A DNA stretch of 64,000 nt, taken from a virus (lineage: Duplodnaviria; Heunggongvirae; Uroviricota; Caudoviricetes). Positions 48,465 to 57,535 of the stretch are shown here, piece by piece. The stretch lies in IMG/VR virus record IMGVR_UViG_3300009008_000002; one strand, given 5' to 3'. The translations under genes and the position numbers were made by a program. Position 1 is the stretch's first letter, and each line of letters begins with the position of its first letter. A model generated the notes under the pieces. It had not been told where the DNA came from and did no database searches. It saw only the letters and a list, made by a program, of their open reading frames with translations.

Positions 48465-49621
48465 AGATAAAGTTTATTCCGCTTGCACACAATGATAACA
48501 TTCCTTCTATTGCAAAAATATCCAGGTATATATTGCATGTCTTTAACATCAATTAAGGAACAAATTTCATCAATTCCCATAGCAACATGAGGAAAATCCT
48601 TTTTGTCTAATGAATCTTTATTGTGTTCCATAACAAGCAGATGATCGCAACACTTGCGAGCCTTTTTATAAACAGCCTGAAAATATTCTACCGGCACTCT
48701 GTTGCCTAATAAAATATGCAATGATAAACACTTAAATGTCTTGCGCGATTTTAAGAAGTCACGGTAGTATATGCCTTCATACGACTTGAATGGCCCGCGA
48801 GATTGTCTTTTACAAGCCCATCTTGAAGAATGATGTATTTCAGCAACCTCGTCTCCAGCAAGTTGATGCAATGCATTTGTCGCATATTTATGAGGGCTAC
48901 CGTCTTTTGCTTTATTGTCAGGAGTGCTTTCCCAAATACACCAATTAGTTCGTTTTTGTATTGGTTTTGATTTGAAGTTTCCTCTAATATTTGAGATCCA
49001 CACTACAACCATACTATTTTTAAATTCTCTACTTGAACAAAAACTGCCTATATCGTCACAAACATATGTGATCCTATCCTGCATTTTATCAAGATTCGAG
49101 CGTAGATTCTCTTGTGATCTAAGGAATCCATAATCATAACCAGCCCATACTTTGGTTCTCGTTTTATTTTGATTTGGCAATATATCTAACTCAAGATCGC
49201 TGTGGAAAATAGGAGGGGGTGGTGTCCATAATGTTCCATCAGAATGTTTCTTAATTTCGATTCCCAACTTACACCCTTCAATGTTGCAATCATCCCATAC
49301 GTTCTCTTCTAAAAGCAAATCATTATCTTCGTGAAAACGTTTTGCAAACTTAAACCCTGTCATATCTTCGATGATTTTAAGACGATCATTTGGGTTATCA
49401 ACAATTGCTTTTAGGGTGCGTTTATGATGCTCTAATTGAGCTTCGGACACATCAACAAAATACATATGTTTTATTTTATCTGGACTTATATCATCTAATA
49501 AATATGACAACATATGAAACGATGCATGATTGCCAACAGCTATTACCACAACCGAGCTATCTTTTGATATTGATGGAATTTCAGGGCAGAACGCACACCA
49601 ATCATTAGAAAAGACATACAT
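48461..49621 (-). CDS. hypothetical protein (386 aa)
   Basis: ORF. Confidence 0.4.
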   Translation of the reverse strand: MYVFSNDWCAFCPEIPSISKDSSVVVIAVGNHASFHMLSYLLDDISPDKIKHMYFVDVSEAQLEHHKRTLKAIVDNPNDRLKIIEDMTGFKFAKRFHEDNDLLLEENVWDDCNIEGCKLGIEIKKHSDGTLWTPPPPIFHSDLELDILPNQNKTRTKVWAGYDYGFLRSQENLRSNLDKMQDRITYVCDDIGSFCSSREFKNSMVVVWISNIRGNFKSKPIQKRTNWCIWESTPDNKAKDGSPHKYATNALHQLAGDEVAEIHHSSRWACKRQSRGPFKSYEGIYYRDFLKSRKTFKCLSLHILLGNRVPVEYFQAVYKKARKCCDHLLVMEHNKDSLDKKDFPHVAMGIDEICSLIDVKDMQYIPGYFCNRRNVIIVCKRNKLYL

Positions 49622-49747
49622 ACCAAACTCGCTTAAAGATAAAGTTTTTCTGACTCATTAGGGACAAACAAGAAATGGTCCCTTCTCCCTAAAGGATATA
49701 CACTCGACACCCTCCTTCCACCAGCATTAATTATGTAGTCTCAACCA

Positions 49748-50545
49748 TCAGTAAATCTTCCTCTTTTTCTCTATAGCCTTTTTCCATGAAGGTGACACCA
49801 CTTGTTTAGTTACAACATCTCTAGGATACTTAAAATACCCACAATACATACAGCATTTTGCAAGCCTATCTCTTGCTTCATTATCTGTCGCATCCAATAA
49901 CTGCTTAAGTGTAGTCACGCCCGTCTTAAGATCAAATACCCTATCCACATGATAAGACACTTCACATGAATAATACAAACCATCAGCACCTAATGCGCAC
50001 CCTCCGCATTTGGTTACTCGTGAACAAAGTTGTCGAAACACTTTTTTATCAATATCTTTATATTCTGGCGTGTCAATTGGAGACACATTGAAACTTTCAA
50101 ATATGTTCCAAATTTTATTTGGGATAGAATTTTGATTTTGTAATTTCAACCATTTAGGCAATCCCTTTGTAAATTCTGAATTGGTTCCATTAGTTAGCAG
50201 TTTAAATTGACAAACTGGTATTCTTAAGCCCGACTTTTTAATAGATGATCTATTAAAAAGTCTATATTTATCCAACAAAAAAACAATCTCTTTGAATTGA
50301 GGGTGTAGTGTAGGTTCTCCCCCTGTTAATTTGATTGTATCCCAACAACATTTGAGTGATATTGCATCTTCAATAAATTTCTCAACATGCTTGAGGCTTA
50401 TGTGGGTAAAATCAGGAGCTATTCCGACACATGCCTGACAATTAGGACATCTAAGATTACACATATTTGTCACATTTATTTCAAATATATGTCTGTTAAT
50501 GTGCCAAACCACATTGGTTTTATATTCTTCGTTTCCATGAAACAT
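49748..50545 (-). CDS. radical SAM enzyme
   Basis: CNLRCPNC (CxxxCxxC) cluster near the N-terminus plus GGEP-like TGGEPTL. Confidence 0.6.
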   Translation of the reverse strand: MFHGNEEYKTNVVWHINRHIFEINVTNMCNLRCPNCQACVGIAPDFTHISLKHVEKFIEDAISLKCCWDTIKLTGGEPTLHPQFKEIVFLLDKYRLFNRSSIKKSGLRIPVCQFKLLTNGTNSEFTKGLPKWLKLQNQNSIPNKIWNIFESFNVSPIDTPEYKDIDKKVFRQLCSRVTKCGGCALGADGLYYSCEVSYHVDRVFDLKTGVTTLKQLLDATDNEARDRLAKCCMYCGYFKYPRDVVTKQVVSPSWKKAIEKKRKIY

Positions 50546-51249
50546 TACATAATCCTTTCCTTTTTGCTAAAATTCGTCAATTTAGTGGACTTTTGTTTAA
50601 AGTGAGTGTTAGCAGCACATCTGCCGCACGCACCCAGAGGATCATTCATCAATCGCTCTTTGATTTCCAACAAACCATCGACATAATTCAAAGTCAATTC
50701 ATTGCTCAATGAATATGGGCAATCTAAATATAAAGACAACCCGTGAGCACAACAATAAATCCTTCTGTTGTAATACCACCACTTGTCATATTCACAAACA
50801 GCCGGGGTGGTCCCTTGTATCGGAGATTCGGGGATTGGATAAAACTTTTCTCTAGGCACAATCCTCACCTTATCTCCGAACTGTTGCTTCAGTTGTTTAA
50901 CTTCCTTTGAATTGGCTCGATATGCAGAAATTCTAATTTCGTTAAAACAATCTGCCACTTCATTATTCAAAGCATCTATATTCAGTGCATTGGTAAACAT
51001 CAACATTCCACAACATGTGTCTGATTCCCTTAATAATTTAACCCCTTCTTGTAAATTAGACCACAGCAAAGGCTCGCCACCACTTATCGTATACTTAAAT
51101 TTATAGCCAGATTTATGTGTTATTTCAATAAACTCCTCTAGATCAGGAATGGATATTTCATAATCACAACTTTCCATAAGTGGTCGCATAATGCAATTAG
51201 CACAATGTAGGTTGCACTTTGAAGTGCTAAACAACGAGAGTTCTTTCAT
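50545..51249 (-). CDS. radical SAM enzyme
   Basis: CNLHCANC (CxxxCxxC) and ISGGEPLL glycine-rich SAM motif. Confidence 0.6.
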   Translation of the reverse strand: MKELSLFSTSKCNLHCANCIMRPLMESCDYEISIPDLEEFIEITHKSGYKFKYTISGGEPLLWSNLQEGVKLLRESDTCCGMLMFTNALNIDALNNEVADCFNEIRISAYRANSKEVKQLKQQFGDKVRIVPREKFYPIPESPIQGTTPAVCEYDKWWYYNRRIYCCAHGLSLYLDCPYSLSNELTLNYVDGLLEIKERLMNDPLGACGRCAANTHFKQKSTKLTNFSKKERIM

Positions 51250-52073
51250 TTAAAAACCTTTACACGATCTGTAATTTCGTATGGGGGAAATAAATCCTTA
51301 TCACATCTGCCAATGACACCTTCATTTATCATACTGTGCTTCCTTGTTTTGTAAATCTCCGACTTATACCCTATGTGTTGACACACGCCTCGCTTCAACA
51401 CACCAACTGCCACGTTCGCCTTCCGACAATTATCAACCCAAAAATCATCCATATCTCTAGTTTGAACGATGTTGTTTTCAAAAAGAACAGGCTTCTTTTC
51501 ACACAACATTTTGCTAATCATCAACAATACGCCGCCAACATTCCCTTGAGCAATTTCATCCATATGGGTATTTACTCCCCGAAATTTCACCCTTCCAAAA
51601 AAATGCCGGAATCCTGATATAATGCCAAACTCACCATCCTGACTCGCTTGACACATCTTGTGATACCACCCATCTTTAAAAACAGCATCATCTTGCACCT
51701 TTATTACATGAGAACATGAACATTCTAAAAAAGCCAACCTGACCACATCCGTAAAATGCTTAACCCCCTTGATAGTTTTGTGGATCACCACATTAGCCTT
51801 GCCACTAATTCCCTTGACAGATTTGTAATTTGGCAACACACCCATCTGCTTCACCCAAACTTGAGAAACAGGAAAGGTCCAGTCATCTATTTCAATCTCA
51901 TTAGATGTAGTTAAATATTCCACCATCTTAGCGTTCTGTGTGCCATCATTGCTAATGTAAACTGGCACGCTAGATGGAACCGTTGCGCTTAGGCTTTTCA
52001 TAGTAATATCCAAAAGCCTAATCCTATCCTTACAAGTCACAACTATAGGAATTATTGGATGATGACGTATCAA
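51246..52073 (-). CDS. putative GT-A-fold glycosyltransferase
   Basis: PIVVTCKDR…YISNDGT resembles GT2 N-terminal region (weak). Confidence 0.4.
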   Translation of the reverse strand: MIRHHPIIPIVVTCKDRIRLLDITMKSLSATVPSSVPVYISNDGTQNAKMVEYLTTSNEIEIDDWTFPVSQVWVKQMGVLPNYKSVKGISGKANVVIHKTIKGVKHFTDVVRLAFLECSCSHVIKVQDDAVFKDGWYHKMCQASQDGEFGIISGFRHFFGRVKFRGVNTHMDEIAQGNVGGVLLMISKMLCEKKPVLFENNIVQTRDMDDFWVDNCRKANVAVGVLKRGVCQHIGYKSEIYKTRKHSMINEGVIGRCDKDLFPPYEITDRVKVFK

Positions 52074-52687
52074 GAAACAACCTCGCTTATAAAAAGAAAC
52101 TTACTTTTTCTAGGGAAGGCACTCATTGCTGCCTCAAAAATATCCGGCAACCCATCCTTGTTTTTCTGCTCTTGTACATGACTGTGAAATGTATGAAATT
52201 CAGAATTTTCATACCAAACTGATCTCATTTTCTCTTGTCCCAAATTAAAATGGTAAATCCTATCAGCATTCACATCATAATAACCCTTCATGGCTGAAAT
52301 CAGAAACCCTTTCTTATTCAAAACATTTGCGGTTATTTGATCCATCATCCACCACGGGGACTTGAATCCGCGATAAAAATACCGCTCATAAGGAAATTCA
52401 ACTTCCGTCTTATTAAACCATTCTTTTCTGTCTCTATGATTGCTGCCATGATAGTGCATTTCTATCCAGTCATATTTTTCCTGAATCATGGCAAGCCACT
52501 GCTCGCTACACCGAAGCGGAATAGTAAACATGGTTATCTTTAAATGAGGGTAGTGATCTTTGAGATAGAACAACTTGTTCCACAACTGAGGATTCATAAT
52601 ATCCTCACAGAAATCATCAAGATCAAATACAACTGGTTTACTAGAAAAAAGCATAAATATATATATGAAAATCATATGGGCAATCAC
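52070..52687 (-). CDS. hypothetical protein (205 aa)
   Basis: ORF. Confidence 0.35.
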   Translation of the reverse strand: MIAHMIFIYIFMLFSSKPVVFDLDDFCEDIMNPQLWNKLFYLKDHYPHLKITMFTIPLRCSEQWLAMIQEKYDWIEMHYHGSNHRDRKEWFNKTEVEFPYERYFYRGFKSPWWMMDQITANVLNKKGFLISAMKGYYDVNADRIYHFNLGQEKMRSVWYENSEFHTFHSHVQEQKNKDGLPDIFEAAMSAFPRKSKFLFISEVVS

Positions 52688-53459
52688 AACCTACAATCGC
52701 CTCAAATATTTAAAACAATGCATAGAATCCTGGGAAAGAACACATAACCCAAAACACCAATGGACACTCATAGCTTGTGACGATGGCTCAAATGATGGGA
52801 CTAAAAAATATCTAAAATCACATGGATTCAAAATATTTAAGCACAACCGGCGAGGGGTTCACCATCAAACAAACACAATTATAAAACACTGCTCTAAAAT
52901 AGACTTTGACATAACCTTCAAGACAGATGACGACATAACATTTAAACAGAAAACATGGGACGATAGGTATATTGAAGCCATTACAGAGACCGGATGTGAT
53001 CATCTGAATTTCCACGATTTAAAATGGAAACGAAAGAAACACAAACGAGCTACAATAAGTCACCCATCTGCGTTGATAGAAAACAAAGCGGTGAATAGTG
53101 ACACACAAGGAGCTTGTTGGACATTCACACCCCAAGTTATTGAAAAAGTAGGGTATTTTGATTTGCAAAAATTTGGGGCGTGTGGATTCGGGCATCGTGA
53201 CTACACATTTAGATGCTGTAGGGCCGGTTTTAATGTGTTGGATTCCATATATGACATCAAAGACAGCAATAAATATCTGGGATTAATCAAAAAGGATTAC
53301 CAATCGGCATCTGAGGATTATTTTAAAATATGGAATGAGAATTTCAAAACATGGAATATACGCGAAAAAAAAGCATTACTTCGCACTAATAGAGTGTATG
53401 TTCCATACAACACAATTCATTACAATATTCTAGGACAGCCATTATACAGACTTTTCTGA
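52665..53459 (+). CDS. family 2 glycosyltransferase
   Basis: IIWAITTYNR…LIACDDGSNDGT (canonical GT2 DDGSxDGT). Confidence 0.6.
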   Translation: MKIIWAITTYNRLKYLKQCIESWERTHNPKHQWTLIACDDGSNDGTKKYLKSHGFKIFKHNRRGVHHQTNTIIKHCSKIDFDITFKTDDDITFKQKTWDDRYIEAITETGCDHLNFHDLKWKRKKHKRATISHPSALIENKAVNSDTQGACWTFTPQVIEKVGYFDLQKFGACGFGHRDYTFRCCRAGFNVLDSIYDIKDSNKYLGLIKKDYQSASEDYFKIWNENFKTWNIREKKALLRTNRVYVPYNTIHYNILGQPLYRLF

Positions 53460-53936
53460 AGCCTTATCCTTATCAGATACAACAATAGGATCAACAGGCC
53501 ACTCAATACCGAAACTGGTATAGTGGTAATTTTTATCTTGCCCTGGCTTCCAAATATCCCCTTGTAGATACAACAAAATGGTATCATCAACATTAGAATA
53601 AAACCCATGCGCACAATTTGATGGTATGAAAAGATGCTCTGCCTCTTCACCTGATAACCATGTGCCAAACCATTGTTTGTAAGTTTTAGAATCTTCTCTT
53701 AAGTCCACGACCACATCATAAAGACGACCCTTCAAACACTGAACAAATTTAGAATAAGGCGAACAATGCAATCCCCTAATAACCCCTTTTCCAGAAACCG
53801 AATAACTGGTTTGTTTAAAATCACAATGATAATCACCATCTTGTATGTAAATGGTCTGGAAATAACCTCTATCGTCCGCAAATCTATTCCCAGAAAATAA
53901 AAAACAACCCTCAAATAATGTCTTCTTAAGTTCCAT
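53442..53936 (-). CDS. dTDP-4-dehydrorhamnose 3,5-epimerase (RmlC)-like cupin sugar epimerase; start trimmed to MELKK
   Basis: FADDRGYF…GVIRGLH…KFVQCLKGRLYDVVVDLR…IPSNCAHGF matches RmlC family conserved blocks. Confidence 0.7.
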   Translation of the reverse strand: MELKKTLFEGCFLFSGNRFADDRGYFQTIYIQDGDYHCDFKQTSYSVSGKGVIRGLHCSPYSKFVQCLKGRLYDVVVDLREDSKTYKQWFGTWLSGEEAEHLFIPSNCAHGFYSNVDDTILLYLQGDIWKPGQDKNYHYTSFGIEWPVDPIVVSDKDKASEKSV

Positions 53937-53970
53937 TCTTTCTCTCCTTTCCAACACTATATAAAATACT

Positions 53971-54162
53971 ATGGAAAAAATCAAGACGTTCAAAGAATGG
54001 CTAGAACTAAAAGAGGGCCTGTGGTTAAATGATAGCAATTCCGAACCTAATGGCACGGCTGTCAATGATGACAGAAAAAGCGGCTGGATGAAAGCCAAAG
54101 CTGGAGGAGGTATGGCGGCGGCTGGAGGATTCGGAAACATGGCTCTTGGAGGTCGTAGGTGA
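53971..54162 (+). CDS. hypothetical Gly-rich small protein
   Basis: ORF; GTGA overlap with the next ORF. Confidence 0.3.
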   Translation: MEKIKTFKEWLELKEGLWLNDSNSEPNGTAVNDDRKSGWMKAKAGGGMAAAGGFGNMALGGRR

Positions 54163-54722
54163 ACTTCAAACTCTGGTTAGAAAGCCAATATAAATTCAAT
54201 ATGAAACGCCTCCCGCTAATCCTACAAGGATTAGCGGCTGAAGCCGTCAAAGCAGGCTCGTTTACTGAATTTAAAAAGGATTTCACGCTTCAAATCAAGC
54301 ATGGCCTCTACTGGCACTGGACCGATGATATTTATTTTAAAATTGATTCTGAGCGGGGTCCAAGGGATATGTCCAGTTTGGCAGCAGGTGGAATGGATGA
54401 GGGGAAATTGATGATTACCTCAGACATTGATGCCTGGGCAAATTACGGCACTAGACCGTATGCTGCACTGATTGATATGACAGAAGTTCCCAGAAATGGC
54501 TATCGACAAGTCAATCGAGGATTTGGGAATGAATTTTTTGTAAGCGATCCTAGTAAAGCCAAAGTCCTTGAAGTTTTACCACGAAAACAAGCCTTTGCAA
54601 AAGACCGGCAACAACGCTCGCTTCTATCAAAAGCCATCAACAGCAATGAAGATTTAGAAGCATTTTATGACGCTGTTAATGGGTTTCACCAAGAGAGACA
54701 ATTAGACAGCCCTCTTAATTAA
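54159..54722 (+). CDS. hypothetical protein (187 aa)
   Basis: ORF (GTG start). Confidence 0.4.
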   Translation: MNFKLWLESQYKFNMKRLPLILQGLAAEAVKAGSFTEFKKDFTLQIKHGLYWHWTDDIYFKIDSERGPRDMSSLAAGGMDEGKLMITSDIDAWANYGTRPYAALIDMTEVPRNGYRQVNRGFGNEFFVSDPSKAKVLEVLPRKQAFAKDRQQRSLLSKAINSNEDLEAFYDAVNGFHQERQLDSPLN

Positions 54723-57418
54723 TCATCTTCCGAATCATCAATCTTAATGTATTCATCTTTGGCTCGTGTGTCTCTCACATAACCAATGCGTCTTTCGGTT
54801 AGATGATCCGCCTCTAATTTGGTTCTGGGGTGTGGATATAAACTAGGAGTAATCTCAATCAATCGCTCAAACTCCAGACCTTTTGATTTGTGTGCAGTAG
54901 TCAAAATCACTGGGTTTTCTTCTTCCATTTTCTTCTTATGTGCCCGCTCTTGTGCTGGACTCATATCCTCAGGAACGCCACCCAATCTACGATATAACCA
55001 ATTCTTAAATTCCTTGACTGTTATTTCCACTCTACTGGCGTATGTCTGGTCTCCATCCTCGCCCTTCTTCTCATCCATTAGAACTTCTGCGGAGGCTACT
55101 AGGGCTTTCTGTGCCTCTAGTAAATCTTTGAGTTGACCTTGTTTACGAACCTTTCCGCCCCAATCTTCCTTTTTAGCTTCACAGAAGTCATTTAATTCAT
55201 CTAAGAAGTCTTCTATGTCGCTATCATCATCAACTCTCTTGTAACCACCCCATGCTATGACCCTATTAATAGTGGCCAACACATCCCTGGCTAAGTCTTT
55301 GCCATAAATCACAAATGGAATCTTGTGTTTCAGCAATTCCATTGCTGCCTTGGCCAACGGTTCATTGGTCCTAGCAATAATGGCAGTTTCTTTCTTCATC
55401 TCGCCCATGACTCGCATTTCGGTCCCTAGACGATCCATTACGTCATCATATTTAAACTCACTATCAGAAATGTAGGCGGGATCATCTGGGTCATCTGCCA
55501 CTCCCGCTTGTAAATTACTTACCACACCTTGTCGATTGGAATAATCTATGATACCGGGTTTTGAACGGAAGTTTCTAGTAAGGGTTTGTTCAGCAGCACC
55601 AGGGGTAGCAGATGCGCTCGTCAACATAGTGGTAATATCTCTGAAAGAATTATCATCTGCGCCTCTAAACCTATACATGCCTTGATTGGGGTCGCCAACA
55701 GCAACTATTCTCGCTCCAGCTTCTACCAATTTTTGCAGCAGAACTTTTTGTGCAATATTAAAGTCTTGGACTTCATCTACAAGCACGAATCTGTATTTTT
55801 GTGGCTTAGTCCAATCTAATTCAGCAGCGTGTCTAGCAGCATACCAAAGATCGTCATCAAAATCCCTCAGTCCCTTCAAGTTATGCTCAACAGGCGTATG
55901 TCTACCCTGTGCATCCGTTATTCTTCTCCACTCTTTCCTACCGCCACCAACATCTTGCTCTTCATGGGTCTGCATCCACTTTTGATCAATACCATGAGGC
56001 TTAGACACTTTCAGAACCCACGCAGCCGCTTTTATCATTCTCGGCAAAAACGCTCCAGTTTCGCAATCACGAAGAAAATCATCTACCCCCATAGCATGGG
56101 AAATTTCTTCATTTTTAAAATCAGCTTTAGGATCTTCTTCTAACTGCTCTTTTACCCTCTCCAGTTCCCAATTAATATCATAATTTGGTTCATCTAATTC
56201 CCCAAGCAACTCTGCAATGTCTTTTTCAGGATTATCAGGATCTAAATTGTAAGCCTTCGCCAAACCAATGATTTTCTCAACTTCCCTATTAAACTCTCTC
56301 CAAATTTTCTTCATGTAAGATTTGGTGTATTTGCCGCATCGAGGGGAATCAAAATGCACAACATTCACACTTTCCAACATGTTTTTATATTGTCCACCGT
56401 CTAAAATCTCTGCTGCTTTAGTGCCTTTCTCTGAATACTTGGCAAACCTTTGCGTCGAGGGAACAGGCCCCTCATTCTCCCCAGTTGAACGATTCTTTTT
56501 GCCATTAGCATCTAAAACTTCACCAGCATAACTGTGAGTAGTGTATACATCTACCCATTTGGGGAAAGACTTCTTCGCTTGCTTCCTGTTTTCCCTACCA
56601 AATACTAAATACAACCACTCATTTTTGCCTCTGGCTTTCTTGCCGAATTTCTCAGCAAGATATTTTAACATAAATGTCTTGCCCGTTCCTGCTAATGCGT
56701 TAATAACCAAATGATCAACTGAGTCGTTGGTGGCAATGTCTCCAAATCTGGCTTCAATAGCCCTCTGCTCGTCCGTTAGTTCCTCTTTTTTATCTTTTTG
56801 CGTCCAAGTAGCCTTAGCTAAATCACTAGCTTTGGCACCTTTGACCATTTTCCCATTCTCTTCCACCCTTTGAAATCTACCTGCTAATTCAGCTTGGGGC
56901 ATGTGAGCATTAAACCACTGCAACTTGCCCTTCCAAATGGTAGCGTATGCCCAAGTGCCATCCCCATTATTTTTAAGAGCTACGTGTTGACCCTGCCTGA
57001 TTTTATGATCAACACCCGTGTGATCGGGGAGAACTTCATCTTGTTTGGCAGTAGCCAAAAACCACGGCTTAACCTGTGCTTGTTGGCCTCTGGAAGAATG
57101 GGAGCCTCTTTGTGTTCGTTGCGTCTGTGCTTGCTGTGTCTGTGCGGCTGTCTGCCCCTGTCTGCTAATTGGACTATCAGGAACCTCTAAAGCAGAAATA
57201 GTCTCAGAACCACCAGGGCCTTTCCTCCAATAAATCCACTCTTTATCGCCAAAAGTGGACTGCATGTAGCGATAACCTTGGCCCACTAAGGTTTGGTGCG
57301 TAGCACCAGGAGGCGCTGGAATCTTTGCCATTTCAAACAACGCCTTCTCTTGAAGGTTAAACCAATCTTTAAAATCAACGTCTGCTTGGTATGGTGGTAG
57401 AAATTCTATGTCAAACAC
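54719..57418 (-). CDS. UvrD/PcrA/Rep-like superfamily 1 DNA helicase with long N-terminal extension
   Basis: Motif I INALAGTGKTF, motif II LVDEVQDFN, motif III GDPNQ, motif IV TRNFRSKP, motif VI TTAHKSKGLEFERLI. Confidence 0.8.
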   Translation of the reverse strand: MFDIEFLPPYQADVDFKDWFNLQEKALFEMAKIPAPPGATHQTLVGQGYRYMQSTFGDKEWIYWRKGPGGSETISALEVPDSPISRQGQTAAQTQQAQTQRTQRGSHSSRGQQAQVKPWFLATAKQDEVLPDHTGVDHKIRQGQHVALKNNGDGTWAYATIWKGKLQWFNAHMPQAELAGRFQRVEENGKMVKGAKASDLAKATWTQKDKKEELTDEQRAIEARFGDIATNDSVDHLVINALAGTGKTFMLKYLAEKFGKKARGKNEWLYLVFGRENRKQAKKSFPKWVDVYTTHSYAGEVLDANGKKNRSTGENEGPVPSTQRFAKYSEKGTKAAEILDGGQYKNMLESVNVVHFDSPRCGKYTKSYMKKIWREFNREVEKIIGLAKAYNLDPDNPEKDIAELLGELDEPNYDINWELERVKEQLEEDPKADFKNEEISHAMGVDDFLRDCETGAFLPRMIKAAAWVLKVSKPHGIDQKWMQTHEEQDVGGGRKEWRRITDAQGRHTPVEHNLKGLRDFDDDLWYAARHAAELDWTKPQKYRFVLVDEVQDFNIAQKVLLQKLVEAGARIVAVGDPNQGMYRFRGADDNSFRDITTMLTSASATPGAAEQTLTRNFRSKPGIIDYSNRQGVVSNLQAGVADDPDDPAYISDSEFKYDDVMDRLGTEMRVMGEMKKETAIIARTNEPLAKAAMELLKHKIPFVIYGKDLARDVLATINRVIAWGGYKRVDDDSDIEDFLDELNDFCEAKKEDWGGKVRKQGQLKDLLEAQKALVASAEVLMDEKKGEDGDQTYASRVEITVKEFKNWLYRRLGGVPEDMSPAQERAHKKKMEEENPVILTTAHKSKGLEFERLIEITPSLYPHPRTKLEADHLTERRIGYVRDTRAKDEYIKIDDSEDD

Positions 57419-57479
57419 TATTAACCCGTCCCATCTTTCCCCAATTTTGGTACACTTTATTTATCTAGTGTGTGCCAAT

Positions 57480-57514
57480 AAAAAAAGCCCCCGGCAAATT
57501 TCTCTGCCGAGGGC
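57480..57514 (-). terminator. rho-independent terminator downstream of 57536..59281
   Basis: Hairpin GCCC-C-CGGCA/TGCCG-A-GGGC with 8-nt loop, followed on the minus strand by TTTTTTT. Confidence 0.65.
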
Positions 57515-57535
57515 TTCCGGTGCCGCCAAAGCGTG

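Noticed and set aside
53937-54140. N-terminal 68-aa extension of the RmlC-like ORF given in the track
   Set aside because: Pro/Ala/Ser-rich low-complexity sequence with no cupin homology; internal Met at 53936 gives a canonical RmlC length.
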